The notes under the pieces are model-generated. The model ran no database searches and was not told the DNA's origin. It was given only the letters and a program-made list of their open reading frames with translations. From Neoechinorhynchus agilis (lineage: Eukaryota; Animalia; Acanthocephala), in assembly GCA_051530055.1 (NCBI GenBank), contig CM121342.1, positions 1,522,797-1,586,796 of the forward strand: a DNA stretch of 64,000 nucleotides. The letters run 5' to 3'. A program made the translations under genes and the position numbers. Shown here piece after piece: positions 60,944-64,000 of this stretch (positions are counted from its first letter, which is position 1; every line of letters starts with the position of its first letter).

Positions 60944-61585
60944 ATGGATTTCAACGATGATGTTGAGAATGAGGAGGAGGATTCAGTGCATATATTGAGC
61001 GCAATCGGTTGTTCTGATAGTGGAGAAGATTCGAGTGATAGCGTGAGTTCCGATTATTTACTCAAACATCACTCATTTTATTTTGAACAATCCGTCCGGA
61101 GAAGACGCCTAAGTCGTCTAAAAAGGAGGATTGCTGCTGCCGAAGCGGAGAATATCTTGATTAATAAAGGGCTGAAAAAATTTCATGGGGAACAAAGAGA
61201 TTACAAAAATATCGATACCAGAATTGAGTGCAATCGAAAAAGAATCTTGACAATAATCAAATCGTGCTCAAGTTTCTCGCCAAAAATCGAAGAGCTACTA
61301 ACGAATGATTATAATGCTTACCGGGATTTTAAATCGCGGGTAGAGTTCTTTAAAGAAATTAAAAAAATCGAAATGTATCTCATGCACGCTGTAAAAAGAA
61401 CCAAACGCACTTCCAGGCTAATGTACACTCGAGCTTCTCTACTGAAACGATTAAATGATGCAAAAAAGCTTATTGATGAATCGGAACTAAACGTGCAAAC
61501 AAGACTTTTGTTGAATCGAATCGAAGCGAAAATTGATGAGCTGGAAAATCAACGAAAAAACCCTAAGAAAATGCTTAATATTTGA
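60944..61585 (+). CDS. Hypothetical protein: acidic N-terminus, basic coiled-coil C-terminus
   Basis: 213-aa intronless ATG ORF in AT-rich DNA with heptad-like composition; no family recognised. Confidence 0.55.
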   Translation: MDFNDDVENEEEDSVHILSAIGCSDSGEDSSDSVSSDYLLKHHSFYFEQSVRRRRLSRLKRRIAAAEAENILINKGLKKFHGEQRDYKNIDTRIECNRKRILTIIKSCSSFSPKIEELLTNDYNAYRDFKSRVEFFKEIKKIEMYLMHAVKRTKRTSRLMYTRASLLKRLNDAKKLIDESELNVQTRLLLNRIEAKIDELENQRKNPKKMLNI

Positions 61586-61796
61586 GATACAATGATGAGT
61601 CAATATTTCTTGTCATAAATGTATTGATTTTCATTGAATTGCCTTCAATCGTTGGTAATAGTGTAATTTTTCGATGAAATTGGCAATACACTTTATGTTT
61701 GAAGAGGGTGAATTGTTCTTTTTTTAGAATTTTTATATGTGGTTCAGCCAGTAGTATTTTGATAGATATTTTATTATTCCATACACGGCTACAATT

Positions 61797-62602
61797 CACC
61801 GGTCTTGGGGCATGGAGCGCAGACCAGCGCTTCCCAGACCGAAATCGATGGACTGCAAGTGTCCATTCGGCCGTGTATGGAATAAAAGGAATGATGAAAA
61901 GAAAAAAAAGAAAATATCTATCAAAAGACTACCGGCTGAGCCACATAAAAATTCTATTAAAAAAGGAAAGCTTATCCAGGCTAAAGTGACGAAGTTTGTA
62001 CATTCCGTAGTGTGCTGAGGTGATCGCTCCAGATTCTAGTTAAGGATCAACGGGTTCGAATCCGTTACCACCAATGACGCACAGCCAAAGGGGACGAAGT
62101 ACCGCTGAAGGGAGGAAACTCACTGATGAGTCCCGCCTCCCCGGGAGGTATCTCAGAATCCGGAGGGATGTACAAACTCATACCGTGTGGCTCACGATAT
62201 TAAGTGATTTTATGCGATTCCCTGAACAAGATCAGTGGGCTGTGTGCCCAAAGAAAATAGTCAGCAGTGATAAAAGGCCACACATTGATATTTAATAAGT
62301 TACCGGCTGGCCAGTCTTCAGAAATTCAATGGCCTGGAATTAAAATAAAAAACCGGCTGAGTTTGACATTCCATAGTTGTGTCGAGGTGGTCAAGTGGAC
62401 TAATGCTCCTGATCCCATTTTGAGTTAACTGGTTCTAATCCGTTACAGCCAATGACGCACGTCAGAGGAAACTAAATACTGCTGAAGGGAGGAGGAAACT
62501 CACTGATGAGTCTCGCCTCCTTGGGAGGTATCTCAGGCCCATACCAGGCGCTTCCCAGACGAAACCGGTGGACCCTGTGTCCCCATTCGACCGTGTATGG
62601 AA
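61797..62602 (+). mobile_element. tRNA-derived SINE-like repeat: one full copy (~62367-62602) and two partial copies (~61797-61885, ~62000-62170)
   Basis: A-box-like gtggtcaagtgg and B-box ggttcgaatcc / ggttctaatcc. Shared body ccaatgacgcac...ctgaagggagg..aaactcactgatgagtc..gcctcc..gggaggtatctcag and shared tail gcgcttcccagac.gaaa...gtgtatggaa. Confidence 0.65.
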
Positions 62603-62626
62603 AATTTTTTGTTAATTGTTCATGTT

Positions 62627-62770
62627 TTATATGGCGGAAAAATTAAAAGAATTTATTGACTCCGATATTTTGGCACGCGAATAAAACACTTAAACAACCT
62701 TGATAAAGGCACAAGATTGTGCCAAAATATCGGAATCAATAAATTCTTTTTATTTTTCACCGGCATATAA
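62627..62770. mobile_element. MITE-like foldback
   Basis: aaaagaatttattgactccgatattttggcac (62644-62675) is inverted at 62719-62750 with one mismatch; weaker outer arms. Confidence 0.7.
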
Positions 62771-63036
62771 TAACAATACATTTTATTTTGGAGTTGTGAG
62801 GATCATAATCCCCCGGATAAAACATATTGAGATATTTTGAAAGAGGAGGGAGACAAAGTTGAAATCTAAAGTTCTATATAGTTTTTGAAAGCTCGGTCTA
62901 TGCGGGACAAATTAAGCGCGAGAATGAATTCTTAAATTGTGAATACTTTTAGATAAATGTGGCTAATTTATATAATTTTCTCTTTACGAATCGATTTTAA
63001 TTTTCCAAAATGATGACACGGGCTAATATTGAGATT

Positions 63037-64000
63037 TTAGAGTTGATCACTACTTTTTCTGTTCTCCTTTTTCTCCAAAAGTTCCATTACATGTTCCACC
63101 GGCTTCGGTTTACCATCAGATCCCGTTGTTGCAGGACGAATAATTCCTTGCCTATGATAAAGTTCAAGATTTTTCCTTTCACGCGATTCAGGTTTTTATT
63201 CACCTTGTCATTTTATCCATTTGTTCAACGAGTTTCATTGCTTCGTATTCCTTTTGTTCTTCGGTCATATTATCATTCGGCTGGGGCTTGTTTTCCACTC
63301 GACCAGTGACAGGGTTGACATCCCGAGCCAATTCTCGATACACCTCGGTCTCAGAATCTTCGGAATTATTTGAAGCATCGCATTCATTTCGAGCTGATAG
63401 AAATCCGAGATCTGCTAGTAATCCTGCTGAATTGCCATATCCAGCATATTTTATGAGTCGTGATACTATCAAGACAGTATTTACGCACATAGCCCAAATC
63501 ATCCACATTACCGTTTTCTTTGCAAAGAATATAAAGCACATTCGAGGCTAATGTCTTCAGCTCTATATCAGGACATGTCATACACCGAGCGAGTCTACTC
63601 GAAATAAACTACTTTGACAATGATAATTACTTACATATTTCTGAGAGAGTTTCCTTCTGTAGGTAGTTTCTTCACTTCTTCTCCCAATGGTGGTAGTATT
63701 ATTCCTCTTACGTATTTTCTTATAGATGGATTAAATCGGCACAGCATGTAGAAGAGATGAAGAACTGAATTGGACGTAGCTTGAGTTACCATTGTCGAAT
63801 CAAGCTTTATAAACGCAGTTAAACTTTCTAAAGATTGATAAGAAAAATACTTCATGCCCGGTTAAAGTGTTCTGTAACAGCTCGATCAGTTTATCCATTG
63901 CGCCAAAGTTCACCTGATTGGAATCTTGCCTTGCTGCTGGATTTATAAGAACATGCGGTGCGTCTGTTTGACTTTTAATCTTATCCGCATATTCAATTTG
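63037..64000 (-). CDS. RIC8: Ric-8 / synembryn G-alpha GEF-chaperone, 3' exons (gene extends beyond the window)
   Basis: LYILCKEN|VSRLIKYAGYGNSAGLLA, VNPVTGRVE, MTEEQKEYEAMKLV and a spliced last exon RQGIIRP...DGKPKPVEHVMEL; introns of ~37-52 bp. Confidence 0.93.

Noticed and set aside
62000-62460. Functional tRNA genes
   Set aside because: A/B-box motifs are present, but I could not fold a full cloverleaf. The two copies differ by deletions and continue into a shared non-tRNA body, which fits a SINE.
2316-64000. G-protein signalling gene cluster (GPCR, G-gamma, Ric-8)
   Set aside because: Ric-8 is ~59 kb from the other two, across TE arrays and unrelated genes; co-occurrence in a gene-dense genome is plausibly chance.

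Overview
AT-rich animal (metazoan) genomic DNA with compact genes and very short introns (34-57 bp in RPRD, Ric-8 and ATP12 homologues); it is not prokaryotic. Host genes: a hypothetical two-exon gene, a divergent 7TM GPCR-like gene, a G-protein gamma subunit, a ZC2HC1/FAM164-like zinc-finger gene, an RPRD1/CID-CREPT gene, ATP12/ATPAF2, an orphan coiled-coil ORF and the 3' part of Ric-8. Most of the window is repeat-derived. (i) A ~290-bp satellite (~18 copies) built from a Gypsy pol end + polypurine tract + 158-bp LTR recurs as ~4 copies on the other arm of a large inverted repeat (7996-13981 / 23713-25608). (ii) Inside that inverted repeat sits a 5.2-kb GC-richer element with short LTRs and a PPT. 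It encodes an apparently single, lightly decayed polyprotein: ~800 aa of unknown sequence, an in-frame Gypsy integrase fragment, a Penelope-like RT lacking its catalytic motifs, and a GIY-YIG half-domain. This is the best candidate for an undescribed system. (iii) About 11 pieces of CRE-clade (RT + restriction-like endonuclease) non-LTR retrotransposons, one near full length with 21-bp 5' tandem repeats. (iv) A tandem segmental duplication (27303-40673 / 40674-58978). (v) A 90-bp satellite, MITEs and a tRNA-derived SINE-like repeat with hammerhead-like motifs. All family assignments come from motif recognition by eye; no database search was run.
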